32,000 bases of DNA from Candidatus Saccharimonadota bacterium (GCA_003516025.1 CP023991.1:480001-512000), one strand, 5' to 3'. Shown: positions 1 through 9,535, counted from the first letter of the stretch. Notes: generated from the letters alone by a model not told the origin. Made by a program: numbers and translations.

Positions 1-182
1 TGCTGCCGCGGCTTACGCCGCTTGATATATATCAGCGCCAGGACGACGCCGAACATAAGCAGATCACTTTGCGCCTGACGGTCGCTTCATACGAAAAGAC
101 TTTGGTCGACGCGGAAGTGGCCCGGTTGCTTGATACCGCTGCCGCCGCTGCCGCCGACCAGTTCGATGCTGAGCGGCTGTAG
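1..182 (+). CDS. pheT: 3' end of phenylalanine--tRNA ligase beta subunit (C-terminal FDX-ACB-like domain), 5'-truncated by the window edge
   Basis: Frame 3 is open from the window edge to TAG at 180-182. It translates to LPRLTPLDIYQRQDDAEHKQITLRLTVASYEKTLVDAEVARLLDTAAAAAADQFDAERL, which fits the usual PheT tail pattern (D.Y.G...K..a.rl.f....TL.d.ev......l......f.a.lR). It is absent from the ORF track because it has no start codon in the window. Confidence 0.55.
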   Translation, partial: LPRLTPLDIYQRQDDAEHKQITLRLTVASYEKTLVDAEVARLLDTAAAAAADQFDAERL

Positions 183-246
183 TATTTTTCTCTGAACATT
201 ACGCGGGGCAATATATACTAATAGTTTTAAGAGGAATTTTTAGTAC

Positions 247-2022
247 ATGAAGCACTTGCTCCGCATCTTGAAGCTGGCCAGCGAACTACGGAAATATTAC
301 GTTCTCATCGGTGTTTTTACGGTTTTACTCAGCCTGATGAGCGTTCTCCAGCCGCTGCTTACCGGCTGGGCGATCGACGAGATCAAAAAGGGAACCGGCG
401 CGGACGTCTCGTTCGTGGCCTGGCTGGCTATTATTATATTTGCTACTGATGTCTTCGCGACAATATTTAGTAACATTGGCGGCTATTTTGGTGACCAGAT
501 GGCGCTTAAGCTCAATCGTATCTTAAGCCGGAAATACTACAAGCATTTGCTGACACTGCCGCAGAGTTATTTTGACACAGAGTTGTCCGGCAAGATCATC
601 AGCCGCCTCAACCGGTCGATTAATCAGATTACAAACTTCGTGCAGACCATGAGCAATACCTTTCTGCAGTTCCTGTTCACCACGGTGCTGATTTTGAGTA
701 TTGTCGCTTATTATAGCTGGCAAACGGCGCTGATGATGCTGTCGTTGTATCCGGTGTATATTTTCCTGACAACCCGTACCAGCCAAAAATGGCGCGACTG
801 GCAGGCTGAGAAAAACCACAACTTTGATATCGCTAACGGCCGGTTCGGCGAAGTCATCAACCAGGTAAAAGTGGTTAAGAGTTTTCTGCGTGAAAAGAGC
901 GAAGTGCTGCATTTCGATACTTTTTACGGCAAAGCCCTCGCCGTTAACCGGCCGCAGTCAAAGTACTGGCATAGCCATGATATCTATCGCCGTCTGGTGC
1001 TTAACGTTATCTTTTTGGGTATATATCTGTACATTTTTACCCAGGGTGCCCAGGGACATCTGGCAGCCGGAGCGGTCGTGACACTAATTCTGTACGGTAC
1101 GCAAATCCGCATTCCTATTTTTACTATCAGTATGCTGGTTGATTCGTGGCAGCGCGCGGTGTCCGACAGCAAAGACTACTTTGACATCATGAACCTGAAA
1201 CCGGCCATCGCTGATGCCCCCGATGCTGGCACGCTCAAGGTTACCGACGGCAGCGTTAAACTGAAAAACGTCAACTTCGGGTATACGGCTGACAAACCCG
1301 TCCTTAAAAACATCAATCTGACGATAGCCGCCCATACTAAAGTCGCGCTTGTCGGCGAGAGCGGGGAAGGCAAGTCAACGCTGACCAACCTGATTATGCG
1401 CCTGTATGAGCCTACCAAAGGCACTATTGCGATTGACAAGCAGGATATAGCGGGCGTTACGCAAGCCTCGCTGCGCGGTAACATCGGCGTCGTCTTCCAG
1501 GAGCCGGCACTGTTTAGCGGCACTATCCGGGAAAACATAGCCTACGGGCGCCCGGAAGCCGGCATGGACGAGGTTATTGCCGCCGCTAAAGCTGCTAATG
1601 CCCACAGTTTTGTCGAAAAATTCAAAGAGGGCTATGATACGCCAATCGGCGAACGCGGCCTGAAACTGAGCGGTGGCCAGAAGCAGCGCATCGCTATCGC
1701 CCGGGCTATCCTCAAAGACGCGCCAATCCTGATTTTAGACGAGGCTACCAGCAGCCTGGACAGCCGCAGCGAGCAAATGGTTCAGGAGGCTTTAGAGCAC
1801 CTGATGAAAGGCCGGACGACGATTATCATCGCCCACCGTCTCAGCACTATTCAGCATGTTGACCAGATCGTCACCATTCGTGGCGGCAGGATTGATGAAT
1901 GTGGCGCTCCGCATGAACTGGAACGCACCGGTGGCATTTACGCGCAGCTACTGGAGCTGCAGCAGCGGCACAGCGACACGACCAAGACCAAGAAGCTGAA
2001 AGAATTTGATATCGCCGGTTAG
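247..2022 (+). CDS. ABC exporter, fused permease/ATPase half-transporter (MsbA/type I exporter-like)
   Basis: 591 aa. The N-terminal half is multi-TM. The C-terminal NBD has Walker A GESGEGKST, ABC signature LSGGQKQR, Walker B ILILDEATS and H-loop IIIAHRLST. An AAGAGGA SD lies upstream of the ATG at 247. Confidence 0.95.
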   Translation: MKHLLRILKLASELRKYYVLIGVFTVLLSLMSVLQPLLTGWAIDEIKKGTGADVSFVAWLAIIIFATDVFATIFSNIGGYFGDQMALKLNRILSRKYYKHLLTLPQSYFDTELSGKIISRLNRSINQITNFVQTMSNTFLQFLFTTVLILSIVAYYSWQTALMMLSLYPVYIFLTTRTSQKWRDWQAEKNHNFDIANGRFGEVINQVKVVKSFLREKSEVLHFDTFYGKALAVNRPQSKYWHSHDIYRRLVLNVIFLGIYLYIFTQGAQGHLAAGAVVTLILYGTQIRIPIFTISMLVDSWQRAVSDSKDYFDIMNLKPAIADAPDAGTLKVTDGSVKLKNVNFGYTADKPVLKNINLTIAAHTKVALVGESGEGKSTLTNLIMRLYEPTKGTIAIDKQDIAGVTQASLRGNIGVVFQEPALFSGTIRENIAYGRPEAGMDEVIAAAKAANAHSFVEKFKEGYDTPIGERGLKLSGGQKQRIAIARAILKDAPILILDEATSSLDSRSEQMVQEALEHLMKGRTTIIIAHRLSTIQHVDQIVTIRGGRIDECGAPHELERTGGIYAQLLELQQRHSDTTKTKKLKEFDIAG

Positions 2023-2098
2023 TAACTCCGCCTTTTCCGGCAGAATTATGCTAGAATCGAATAAGTTATTATTGTCTAGATTAAGAGGGAGTGTTTTA

Positions 2099-2614
2099 AT
2101 GGCTACTATTCCGCAGCGGATTTTCGCAGCAAGCGGCGCGATCGTATTTTTTATCAGCTCGATTGCCCTGACCGTATTTGTCATCATTTCAATCGTCCAG
2201 GGTGATGATACTGAACAAGCGACCACCCAGACCTCTCAGGAAGGTGCGTTGCAGGGCACTCAACTGGCCGATTACACGCCGGTTGATACGGTGCCTGAGT
2301 TGAAAACTGAGGATCTGAAAGCCGGCGAGGGCGCTGAGGTGACCTCCGTCAATAATACGATTACTGCTGACTACACCGGCGCTCTGGCGAAAACCGGCGT
2401 TATTTTCCAAAGCTCTCTTGATTCCGGCCAGCAGTTTACCACCCAATTGTCCGGTGTCATCGAAGGCTGGCAAAAGGGTGTCATAGGTATGAAAGAGGGT
2501 GGAAAGCGCCGCTTGTACATTCCGGCGGCTCAAGCGTACGGCTCGCAGGAGCAATCCGGTATCCCAGCCAATTCAGACCTGATATTTGATATAACACTTT
2601 CAAAAGTAGAATAA
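2099..2614 (+). CDS. FKBP-type peptidyl-prolyl cis-trans isomerase with an N-terminal membrane anchor
   Basis: The C-terminal domain ITADYTG..GVIFQSS...VIEGWQKGVIGMKEGGKRRLYIP..AYG...IPANSDLIFDITL is canonical FKBP_C. I prefer the ATG at 2099 (MATIPQRIFAASGAIVFFISSIALTVFVIISIV, one TM) because AGAGGGAG lies 8 nt upstream. The track start at 2006 would overlap the ABC gene. Confidence 0.85.
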   Translation: MATIPQRIFAASGAIVFFISSIALTVFVIISIVQGDDTEQATTQTSQEGALQGTQLADYTPVDTVPELKTEDLKAGEGAEVTSVNNTITADYTGALAKTGVIFQSSLDSGQQFTTQLSGVIEGWQKGVIGMKEGGKRRLYIPAAQAYGSQEQSGIPANSDLIFDITLSKVE

Positions 2615-2624
2615 GGAGTCCTGC

Positions 2625-2987
2625 ATGCAGCTAGATAATTTCAATCCCCGCGACGATATAATTGAACTGACTAAAATTGACATCGTCGAGGGTAACGGCG
2701 ACGAAGTTCAGCCCGGCGCTACCATAACCGCACATTATACCGGTGCCGTAGCCGCGACCGGTGTGATTTTTCAGAGTTCCAAGGACTTTGGCGGCCCTAT
2801 CTCATTTGGCCTGCACCAGGTCATCAAGGGCTGGACTGACGGCGTTCCCGGCATGAAAGTCGGCGGCACCCGCCGTTTGCTTATTCCCGCGGACCAGGCT
2901 TATGGTGCGACGCCTCCTCCCGGCTCAGGTATTCCGGTAAACGCGGCTCTGGTCTTTGATATCGAGCTGGTCGCGATTGACGCCTAG
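2625..2987 (+). CDS. FKBP-type peptidyl-prolyl cis-trans isomerase (soluble paralogue)
   Basis: 120 aa. It carries ITAHYTG..GVIFQSS..VIKGWTDGVPGMKVGGTRRLLIP..AYG...IPVNAALVFDIEL. An AAGGAG SD sits at 2613-2618. Confidence 0.9.
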   Translation: MQLDNFNPRDDIIELTKIDIVEGNGDEVQPGATITAHYTGAVAATGVIFQSSKDFGGPISFGLHQVIKGWTDGVPGMKVGGTRRLLIPADQAYGATPPPGSGIPVNAALVFDIELVAIDA

Positions 2988-3095
2988 TACAGTCTAAAAC
3001 ACAACATATAGTGCCTTGAACTCAGCATAAGCGCTATATATACTATTTTGTAGGGTATAATAAACACATAGATAATTGCTTACGGAGGGTTCATT

Positions 3096-3344
3096 ATGGC
3101 TAAAGACATCACGATTTACACGACAAACACCTGCGCTTACTGCGTCATGGTTAAAAAGTGGTTGGACAGCAAGAGCCATAACTATAGCGTCATCAATCTT
3201 GACGAGCAGCCTGAAAAGCAGGCCGAGGCTCTGCAGCTCAGCGGTGCCCTGACCGTACCGATTACGGTTGTTACCAAACAGGACGATTCCAAAGAGGTTA
3301 TTGTAGGATTTAACCTCTCTAAATTAGCTCCGGCTGTAGCTTAG
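3096..3344 (+). CDS. Glutaredoxin-like / NrdH-type small redoxin
   Basis: 82 aa. It has a thioredoxin-fold N-terminus ITIYTTNTCAYCVMVKKWL with a CxxC (CAYC), and the cis-Pro region TVPITVV. A GGAGGG SD is present. It lies directly upstream of trxB. Confidence 0.85.
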   Translation: MAKDITIYTTNTCAYCVMVKKWLDSKSHNYSVINLDEQPEKQAEALQLSGALTVPITVVTKQDDSKEVIVGFNLSKLAPAVA

Positions 3345-3354
3345 GACCCAGGCT

Positions 3355-4329
3355 ATGACTGATACTGCTACCGATATTCCGAGCATTCCCGTCCATGACG
3401 TCATTATTATCGGCGCTGGCCCCGCGGCGCTGACAGCTGCCATTTATACGACCCGTGAGGACATCGAGACGCTGCTTTTTGAACGCGGCGTCATTGGCGG
3501 TCTCGCTGCGGTAACTGACATGATTGATAATTATCCTGGTTTCCCCGACGGTATCGAAGGTTTGACGTTGGCCGACAGCCTGCAAAAGCAGGCCGAACGT
3601 TTCGGCGCGGTCATCGAGCTCGGTGAAGTTAGCAGAATTATCGACGAAGGCACATACAAGCGCCTCGAAACCACCAGCGGTGACATGCGCGCTAAAGCCG
3701 TACTGATTGCCACCGGTAGTGACTATAAGAAAATCGGTGTACCGGGCGAAATGGAATATTATGCCCGCGGTGTCCATTACTGCGCGACTTGTGACGGCGC
3801 CTTTTACCGTGACAAGCGGCTGGTAGTCGTCGGCGGCGGAAACTCAGCCGTCCAGGAAGCGATGTTCCTGACTCGTTTTGCCAGCCATATTGACCTGCTA
3901 GTACGCGCCGACCATCTCCGCGCCAGTGATGTTTTGCAACATGACCTGGAAAAACATAAGGACAAGATCACTGTTCATTTCAATACGACAACTGATGAAA
4001 TCGTTGGCGAGGATAATAAAGTAGTTAAAGTTGTCGGTACCGATAAAACAACCGGGCAGAAGGTCGACTTTGAGACCGATGGTGTCTTTGTGTTCGTGGG
4101 TCTTGACCCGAATTCCCAGTTCCTGAAGGAGTCCGAAATAAAGCTTGACGAGATCGGCTTCGTATTAACCGACGAGCATCTGCAGACCCAAATGCCTGGC
4201 GTGTTCGCGGCCGGCGATATCCGCAGCGGCGCTACGATGCAAATCGCTTCCGCGGCTGGCGAGGGCGCTACGGCAGCTCTCAAAATCCGTGAGTACCTCG
4301 AAGGGCATCCGCACCCGGTCCAGAACTAG
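3355..4329 (+). CDS. trxB: Thioredoxin-disulfide reductase
   Basis: 324 aa. It has the FAD GxGxxA motif IIIGAGPAALTAAIY, redox-active CATCDG, the NADPH motif VVVGGGNSAVQEA, and C-terminal GVFAAGD. Confidence 0.95.
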   Translation: MTDTATDIPSIPVHDVIIIGAGPAALTAAIYTTREDIETLLFERGVIGGLAAVTDMIDNYPGFPDGIEGLTLADSLQKQAERFGAVIELGEVSRIIDEGTYKRLETTSGDMRAKAVLIATGSDYKKIGVPGEMEYYARGVHYCATCDGAFYRDKRLVVVGGGNSAVQEAMFLTRFASHIDLLVRADHLRASDVLQHDLEKHKDKITVHFNTTTDEIVGEDNKVVKVVGTDKTTGQKVDFETDGVFVFVGLDPNSQFLKESEIKLDEIGFVLTDEHLQTQMPGVFAAGDIRSGATMQIASAAGEGATAALKIREYLEGHPHPVQN

Positions 4330-4336
4330 GCTAAAG

Positions 4337-5077
4337 TTAGGCTTCCGCGTAGCCATCGAAATAATCGAACACAATCCGGTATTGTGGAATACTATAATCG
4401 GTTTCAAGTGATGACCGGAGGCTCTCCACCATACGCATCGACCCTGAAAGGTATATTTGAGATTCGGGCTGCAGAGCAGCTACGATATCAGCCGCTGATA
4501 AACGTGTGCTGCGCAGTTCTACCGGAGAAGCGGTCGAATCATAAGGAGTATTGACAGAGGGTGTATATATGTAACGTGTCAAGGGGCAAAGCTCGGCGTA
4601 GCGGTCAAATACTTCCTGCAAAGCCATGTCGCTCGTGCTGGACGCCGCGTAGAGCAGGGTAACCGCGCGTTTTTCCTGCATGTAAAGCAACTGGCGCACT
4701 ATACCGCTGAAACTGGCGATGCCAACGCCGCCGGCTACGAATACCAGCGGCGTGTCTGTAGTCAGGGGCAGAATCATGTCACCCATAGGGTCGGTAATGG
4801 TAACCGCTTCGCCAGGCCGAAGGGCCAGCAGGCTTTGTTTATAAGTGCTAAGAATATCGCCATTTACGCGTGTGGTAATGCATAACAGCTCTTCATGGGG
4901 GCTGGACGAAAGCGTCATGGTACGGGTTGTGCCGCGTTCGTCGGGCTGGGCGTGGGCTATAATTATGTCGGTGTACTGGCCGGCTTCATAACGAAACTGA
5001 GATTCCGGCTTAAAGTAGAAACTCATAATCGTTTGAGCTTCGTTTTCCCAATGACGCTTGACGTAGACGGCTCGCAT
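4337..5077 (-). CDS. FNR-like FAD/NAD(P)-binding oxidoreductase (ferredoxin-reductase-type fold)
   Basis: 246 aa. It has an RxYS-type FAD motif (RTMTLSSSP), the NAD-binding motif VFVAGGVGIASF, and a terminal IYLSGSMRMV in place of the usual CGP..M. A GAGG SD is present. The start is 9 nt after the GDPD stop, so the two are likely co-transcribed. Confidence 0.7.
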   Translation of the reverse strand: MRAVYVKRHWENEAQTIMSFYFKPESQFRYEAGQYTDIIIAHAQPDERGTTRTMTLSSSPHEELLCITTRVNGDILSTYKQSLLALRPGEAVTITDPMGDMILPLTTDTPLVFVAGGVGIASFSGIVRQLLYMQEKRAVTLLYAASSTSDMALQEVFDRYAELCPLTRYIYTPSVNTPYDSTASPVELRSTRLSAADIVAALQPESQIYLSGSMRMVESLRSSLETDYSIPQYRIVFDYFDGYAEA

Positions 5078-5086
5078 ACGTCGCCT

Positions 5087-5791
5087 CTAGCTAATGCTGT
5101 CCCGTGCCGCAAGTAGTTTGTCGGGGTGGTTAGTTACGAACCAGACACCGGGATACATGGCGTGGAGGCGCTTAGCCTTGCGAGCATCATCAACTGAGTA
5201 AATCTGAATTTGAATACCCCGCTTGCGCGCCGCGTTATAAATAAACGGGTTCATCAAAAAGTATTTCATAGTCAACCCGTCGGCCCGTTGTTTAACGGCG
5301 CTGCGGATGACACCGAAAGGCAGGTATCGGCGATGGTAAAACGCGAGTAAATGTGTCGCGTGCTGCTTGCTGTAAGTAATGACTGAGGGATGTTGGGAGC
5401 CTATTGTCATGTCCATGTGGCCGTACTGTGCAAGCAGGGCGAACAGGGCTGGAAGTTCGGTGCTGATTTTGATATCGACTAAAACCGGCACGTCATCGAT
5501 GATGGTAAGCACTTCGGACAACAAAGGTATCGTGTTATTCTCGGAAAGTTTCTGCTGCCGCAATTCCTGATAGGTCAGGTCGCTTATCCGTTCCAGGGAG
5601 CCATTGACACGCCACAGCCTGTCGTCATGGCAAACGACGAATTGCTTATCTTTTGTTATTTGTACGTCAAGTTCGATGATGTCGACACCGAGTTTTTTGG
5701 CTAGTTTAAAGCCTGGAAGTGTATTCTCGACGGCCAGGCCCTTGGCGCCGCGGTGGCCGACAATCTTCGTTCGCATAGTCTTTTTTATCAT
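5087..5791 (-). CDS. Glycerophosphodiester phosphodiesterase (GDPD family)
   Basis: It has the GDPD signature HRGAKGLAVENTLPGF......GVDIIELDVQITKDKQFVVCHDD. The track start at 5827 is a TTG. I prefer the first ATG at 5791 (MIKKTMRTKIVGHRG), but ATG 5776 is also possible. Confidence 0.85.
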   Translation of the reverse strand: MIKKTMRTKIVGHRGAKGLAVENTLPGFKLAKKLGVDIIELDVQITKDKQFVVCHDDRLWRVNGSLERISDLTYQELRQQKLSENNTIPLLSEVLTIIDDVPVLVDIKISTELPALFALLAQYGHMDMTIGSQHPSVITYSKQHATHLLAFYHRRYLPFGVIRSAVKQRADGLTMKYFLMNPFIYNAARKRGIQIQIYSVDDARKAKRLHAMYPGVWFVTNHPDKLLAARDSIS

Positions 5792-5871
5792 AGATCTGTA
5801 TCTGTTACCCGAGTATTTAGTGTACAATAAAGCCTAACCAAGTACTAATTTTCAGAGAAGGAGAAAGCATT

Positions 5872-6402
5872 ATGGCAGATTTTAACGTTGTACTGGAACC
5901 GGGTGATTATGAAAACGGTCTCGTGAACACAGTGGTTGAAATTCCACAGGGTTCCAGCCTGAAAGTCGAGTGGGATCGCAAGCGTGCCTGTTTTATGCTG
6001 GACCGCGTCGAACCGCAGATTTTTGCCAAGCCGGTTAACTACGGTTTTATCCCGGGTACGCTCGACGAAGACGGCGACGAACTGGATACGCTGGTTGTCT
6101 GCCATGAACCAATTGCTACCGGCGTATGGCTGGAGGGTAAAGTTATTGGCGTGCTGAACTTCGAAGACGACGGCGAAATGGACTACAAGGTCGTCGTTGT
6201 TCCGGCTGATGACCGCAATACCGGTGACAGCATTAACTCTATCGATGATCTCGGTGAACGCTGGAAACAGCAAATAGAGTACCACTTCGCGCACTACAAA
6301 GACCTTAAGAAGCCCGGTACGACAAACGTCCAGGGATGGGGAGACGTGGAGGCCGCTAAGGCAGTGATCGCTGAGTCTATCGAGCGGTTTAAGAACCAAT
6401 AG
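5872..6402 (+). CDS. ppa: Inorganic pyrophosphatase (family I)
   Basis: 176 aa. It carries VVEIPQGSSLKVEWD, the YGFIPGTLDEDGDELD metal-binding region and VVVVPADD. A GAAGGAG SD is present. Confidence 0.95.
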   Translation: MADFNVVLEPGDYENGLVNTVVEIPQGSSLKVEWDRKRACFMLDRVEPQIFAKPVNYGFIPGTLDEDGDELDTLVVCHEPIATGVWLEGKVIGVLNFEDDGEMDYKVVVVPADDRNTGDSINSIDDLGERWKQQIEYHFAHYKDLKKPGTTNVQGWGDVEAAKAVIAESIERFKNQ

Positions 6403-6436
6403 AGACTTCCTGGTTTTAACCATCTACTTGCGTTAT

Positions 6437-6480
6437 AAAGCTTGTGCTTTTACAATAAAGGCACAAGCTTTTACTTTATC
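6437..6480 (+). terminator. Putative intrinsic terminator after ppa
   Basis: A perfect 11-bp inverted repeat AAAGCTTGTGC (6437-6447) / GCACAAGCTTT (6461-6471) has a 13-nt loop and is followed by the T-rich TACTTTATC. Confidence 0.55.
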
Positions 6481-6502
6481 TAACGTAGGGGGACGGAAAT
6501 AC

Positions 6503-7516
6503 ATGAAGACACGGGTGGCTATTAACGGTTTCGGTCGCATTGGCCGTAACGCTTTTAAGGTCGCGAATGAACGGACCGATATAGAGATTGTCGCGATTAA
6601 CGACCTGACCGACACTAAAACATTGGCTCACTTGCTTAAGCACGACAGCAACTACGGCGCTTACGCCCGTGATGTCTCGCATGACGACGAAAACATCATT
6701 GTTGATGGCCGCAAAATTAAAGTCTACGCCCAGCGTGACCCGGCTGAACTGCCATGGAAAGACCTGGATATCGATGTGGTTATCGAGTCCACTGGTTTCT
6801 TTGTTGATCCCGCTAAGGCCCGGGCGCATATTACCGCTGGTGCTAAGAAAGTCGTCCTGAGTGCTCCAGCCAAAGGCGAAGGCGCGACAACGGTTGTGCT
6901 CGGCGTAAACGAAGACAAACTGGAAGGTGCCAGCGATATCATCTCTAATGCTTCATGTACCACTAACTGTATTACTCCAGTCGCCGCGGTTATCGAGAGC
7001 GCCTTTGGTATCGACAAGGCTATGATGACTACCGTCCACAGCTATACCGCCTCACAGGCCCTGCAAGATGCTCCTGCCAAGGACCTGCGTGAAGCCCGTA
7101 ATGCCGCTGAAAACATCGTGCCAACTACGACGGGCGCCTCAATCGCCGCCGGCGAAGCTTTACCGGCACTTAAAGGCATCTTCGGTGGTATGAGCGTACG
7201 CGTCCCAACCCCGGTCGTATCCTTAAGTGACTTCGTGATCATCACTAAGCGCAATGTGACAGTCGAGGAAGTGAACGAAACTTTCAAGAAAGCCGCTAAA
7301 GAGCCGTTTTACCAGGGAATCTTAGATGTTACCGATGAACCGCTCGTCTCTAAGGACTTCATTGGCAATAGCCACTCCAGCATAGTTGACCTCAGCCTGA
7401 CTGCCGTCGTCGGTGGCAACATGCTGAAGGTTGTCGCCTGGTACGACAACGAATGGGGCTACAGCAACCGTTTGGTCGAAGTAGTTGCCGACACTGGAAA
7501 ACTTCTCCACAAATAA
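6503..7516 (+). CDS. gap: Glyceraldehyde-3-phosphate dehydrogenase (type I)
   Basis: It has MKTRVAINGFGRIGRN, the catalytic SNASCTTNC motif, and WYDNEWGYS at the C-terminus. I prefer ATG 6503, preceded by GGGGGA. The track start at 6428 would read through the ppa terminator hairpin. Confidence 0.95.
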   Translation: MKTRVAINGFGRIGRNAFKVANERTDIEIVAINDLTDTKTLAHLLKHDSNYGAYARDVSHDDENIIVDGRKIKVYAQRDPAELPWKDLDIDVVIESTGFFVDPAKARAHITAGAKKVVLSAPAKGEGATTVVLGVNEDKLEGASDIISNASCTTNCITPVAAVIESAFGIDKAMMTTVHSYTASQALQDAPAKDLREARNAAENIVPTTTGASIAAGEALPALKGIFGGMSVRVPTPVVSLSDFVIITKRNVTVEEVNETFKKAAKEPFYQGILDVTDEPLVSKDFIGNSHSSIVDLSLTAVVGGNMLKVVAWYDNEWGYSNRLVEVVADTGKLLHK

Positions 7517-7520
7517 GCAT

Positions 7521-7967
7521 ATGAAAATATATATTGGCGCGGATCATAATGGTTTTGGACTTAAGGCACAGTTAGGTGATTTTCTGCGCCGCTCGGGGCA
7601 TGAGATTGTCGATGCCGGGGATACGCAGATGAATCCTGAAGATGATTTTCCACAGTACGCCAACAAAGCTGTCGGCATGCTGCTGGCAGATCGGGAGCCA
7701 GACGCGCGCGCTATCTTAATCTGCGGCAGTGGCCAGGGTATGTGTATGGCTGCTAACCGCTTTAAGGGTATCCGGGCCAGCTTATGCTGGAACCTGGACG
7801 AAGCTCGCTCCAGCCGTAATGACGACGACAGTAACGTGCTCTGCATGTCAGCTAAAAGCCTGGCCAGTGATGAGGCGCGGGCAATTGTAACTACCTGGCT
7901 GCACACGCCCTTTGCCGGCGCGCCACGCTACAAGCGTCGTTTGCAACAACTTGACGAACTAGGATAA
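7521..7967 (+). CDS. rpiB: Ribose-5-phosphate isomerase B
   Basis: It starts MKIYIGADHNGFGLK and carries the catalytic ILICGSGQGMCMAANR motif (RpiB/LacAB family). ATG 7521 is 4 nt after the gap stop. The track start at 7485 overlaps gap. Confidence 0.9.
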   Translation: MKIYIGADHNGFGLKAQLGDFLRRSGHEIVDAGDTQMNPEDDFPQYANKAVGMLLADREPDARAILICGSGQGMCMAANRFKGIRASLCWNLDEARSSRNDDDSNVLCMSAKSLASDEARAIVTTWLHTPFAGAPRYKRRLQQLDELG

Positions 7968-7971
7968 AAAT

Positions 7972-8613
7972 ATGAGCGGGGCAAAGGGTACAATCTGTCC
8001 AACGGTTACGGCTGAAGATCCGCATCTTTTCCGGCAGCAGATGGAACGGGTGGCTAACTTCGCGACACGCGTGCATATTGACTTGTCCGATGGGAGCTTG
8101 TCGCCTAATAAGCTGATCGATCTTGATAAAGTCTGGTGGCCTGGCGGCGTACGGGCAGACCTGCACGTAATGTTGGCCCGGCCGTTCGAACACGTGGAGC
8201 TGTACCGGGCGCTGGGGCCTCAACTGGTCATCGTTCATGCCGAAGGTAAGGGTGATTTTAAGGCCTTCGCCGATCTGATGCATGGCCACGGCATTGAAAC
8301 CGGCATCGCGCTATTACCCGAGACGAGCGTTGAAGCGATTGTTCCCGGATTAGATATGATCGACCACGTCATGATCTTCTCCGGTAAACTTGGCCACTTT
8401 GGTGGTGAAGCGGACTTGAAGTTGCTTGATAAAATCAGGCAGCTGAAGCAATTAAAACCAACACTGGAATTTGGATGGGACGGCGGTGTCAATGATAAGA
8501 ATGCCCGGGCGCTGTATGAAGGCGGTGTCGACGTGCTGAATACTGGCGGTTTTATCCAGCGCAGCCCCCACCCCGAAGCGGCATATGACGCTTTAACGTT
8601 AGCGATACTGTAA
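7972..8613 (+). CDS. rpe: Ribulose-phosphate 3-epimerase family protein (divergent)
   Basis: It aligns by eye block-for-block with Rpe: VHIDLSDGSLSPN (cf. HxDxMDxxxVPN), ADLHVML, VIVHAE, MIFSGKLGHFGG (cf. MSVxPGFGGQ), WDGGVN. Confidence 0.78.
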   Translation: MSGAKGTICPTVTAEDPHLFRQQMERVANFATRVHIDLSDGSLSPNKLIDLDKVWWPGGVRADLHVMLARPFEHVELYRALGPQLVIVHAEGKGDFKAFADLMHGHGIETGIALLPETSVEAIVPGLDMIDHVMIFSGKLGHFGGEADLKLLDKIRQLKQLKPTLEFGWDGGVNDKNARALYEGGVDVLNTGGFIQRSPHPEAAYDALTLAIL

Positions 8614-8626
8614 ATCAGACCATTAC

Positions 8627-8635
8627 TGTTATAAT
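8627..8635 (+). promoter_or_regulatory. Extended -10 promoter element (TGTTATAAT) upstream of the transketolase genes
   Basis: It is an exact TGnTATAAT match 43 nt upstream of the tktN ATG, with no good -35. A CATAAGC box follows immediately. Confidence 0.5.
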
Positions 8636-8677
8636 CATAAGCAAGATGGGTTACTTGATGGATAAAAGGGATTACCA

Positions 8678-9535
8678 ATGAACCGTAAACTTTCCGTTGA
8701 TCGTTTAGAAACAGTCGCTAATGATATCCGCGAGGACATTATTCGCATGCTCGAGCACGCCGGCAGTGGCCACTCGGCAGGTCCGCTCGGGCTGGCCGAT
8801 ATTTTCGCGGCCTTATACTTTGATGTTATGCAGCACGACCCGAAGCATCCTGACTGGGAAAAACGGGATATATTATTACTAAGCAACGGTCACTGCGTGC
8901 CGGTTCGCTACGCAGCCATGGCTCACGCCGGCTATTTCCCCCGCAAAGAGCTGCTAACGCTGCGTAAGCGGGGCTCCCGTTTGCAGGGACATCCCGAACG
9001 TACTAAATTGCCTGGGCTGGAAAATACCAGCGGACCGCTCGGTTCAGGACTCAGCCAGGCCTGCGGCATGGCGCTGGCTATGCGTATGAACAATGAGTTG
9101 CATCGTTGGGTATATGTCGTGATGGGTGACGGCGAACTGGACGAAGGCAACATTTGGGAAGCGGCCATGCTGGCTGGTAAGGAAAAACTGCACCATGTGA
9201 TCGGCATAATTGACCGTAATAACATCCAGATTGATGGCCCGACAGAAAATGTGATGCCGCTGGAAAACCTGAGGGGTAAATGGGAAAGCTTCGGCTGGCA
9301 CGTCCTGGAGATCAATGGCAATGATGTAGAGGCTGTGATTGACGCCTGTGCCATGGCCCGAGCCATTATTGAGAAACCAGTGATGATTATTGCCCATACT
9401 ATTCCGGGCAAGGGTGTCGACTTTATGGAAGGTGACTTCCACTGGCACGGCGCGCCGCCAAACCACGAGCAAGCCGTAGAGGCCCTGAAAGAACTGCGTA
9501 CCCTAGGCGGACGGATTAGGAGCGAACATGAGTAA
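8678..9535 (+). CDS. Transketolase, N-terminal (TPP pyrophosphate-binding) subunit
   Basis: 285 aa. It carries SGHSAGPLGLADI, LSNGH, and the GDGELDEGNIWEA TPP-binding motif. An AAAAGGGA SD is present. Confidence 0.95.
   Translation: MNRKLSVDRLETVANDIREDIIRMLEHAGSGHSAGPLGLADIFAALYFDVMQHDPKHPDWEKRDILLLSNGHCVPVRYAAMAHAGYFPRKELLTLRKRGSRLQGHPERTKLPGLENTSGPLGSGLSQACGMALAMRMNNELHRWVYVVMGDGELDEGNIWEAAMLAGKEKLHHVIGIIDRNNIQIDGPTENVMPLENLRGKWESFGWHVLEINGNDVEAVIDACAMARAIIEKPVMIIAHTIPGKGVDFMEGDFHWHGAPPNHEQAVEALKELRTLGGRIRSEHE

Noticed and set aside
2006-2098. N-terminal extensions implied by the first-start ORF track: FKBP at 2006, gap at 6428, rpiB at 7485, kinase at 11656, GDPD at TTG 5827, trmH at TTG 27380 and yraN at TTG 30855.
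   Set aside because: The extensions overlap upstream genes, terminator hairpins or promoter elements, and they add non-conserved residues. Internal ATGs with SD sequences, or with homologue-like N-termini, fit better.
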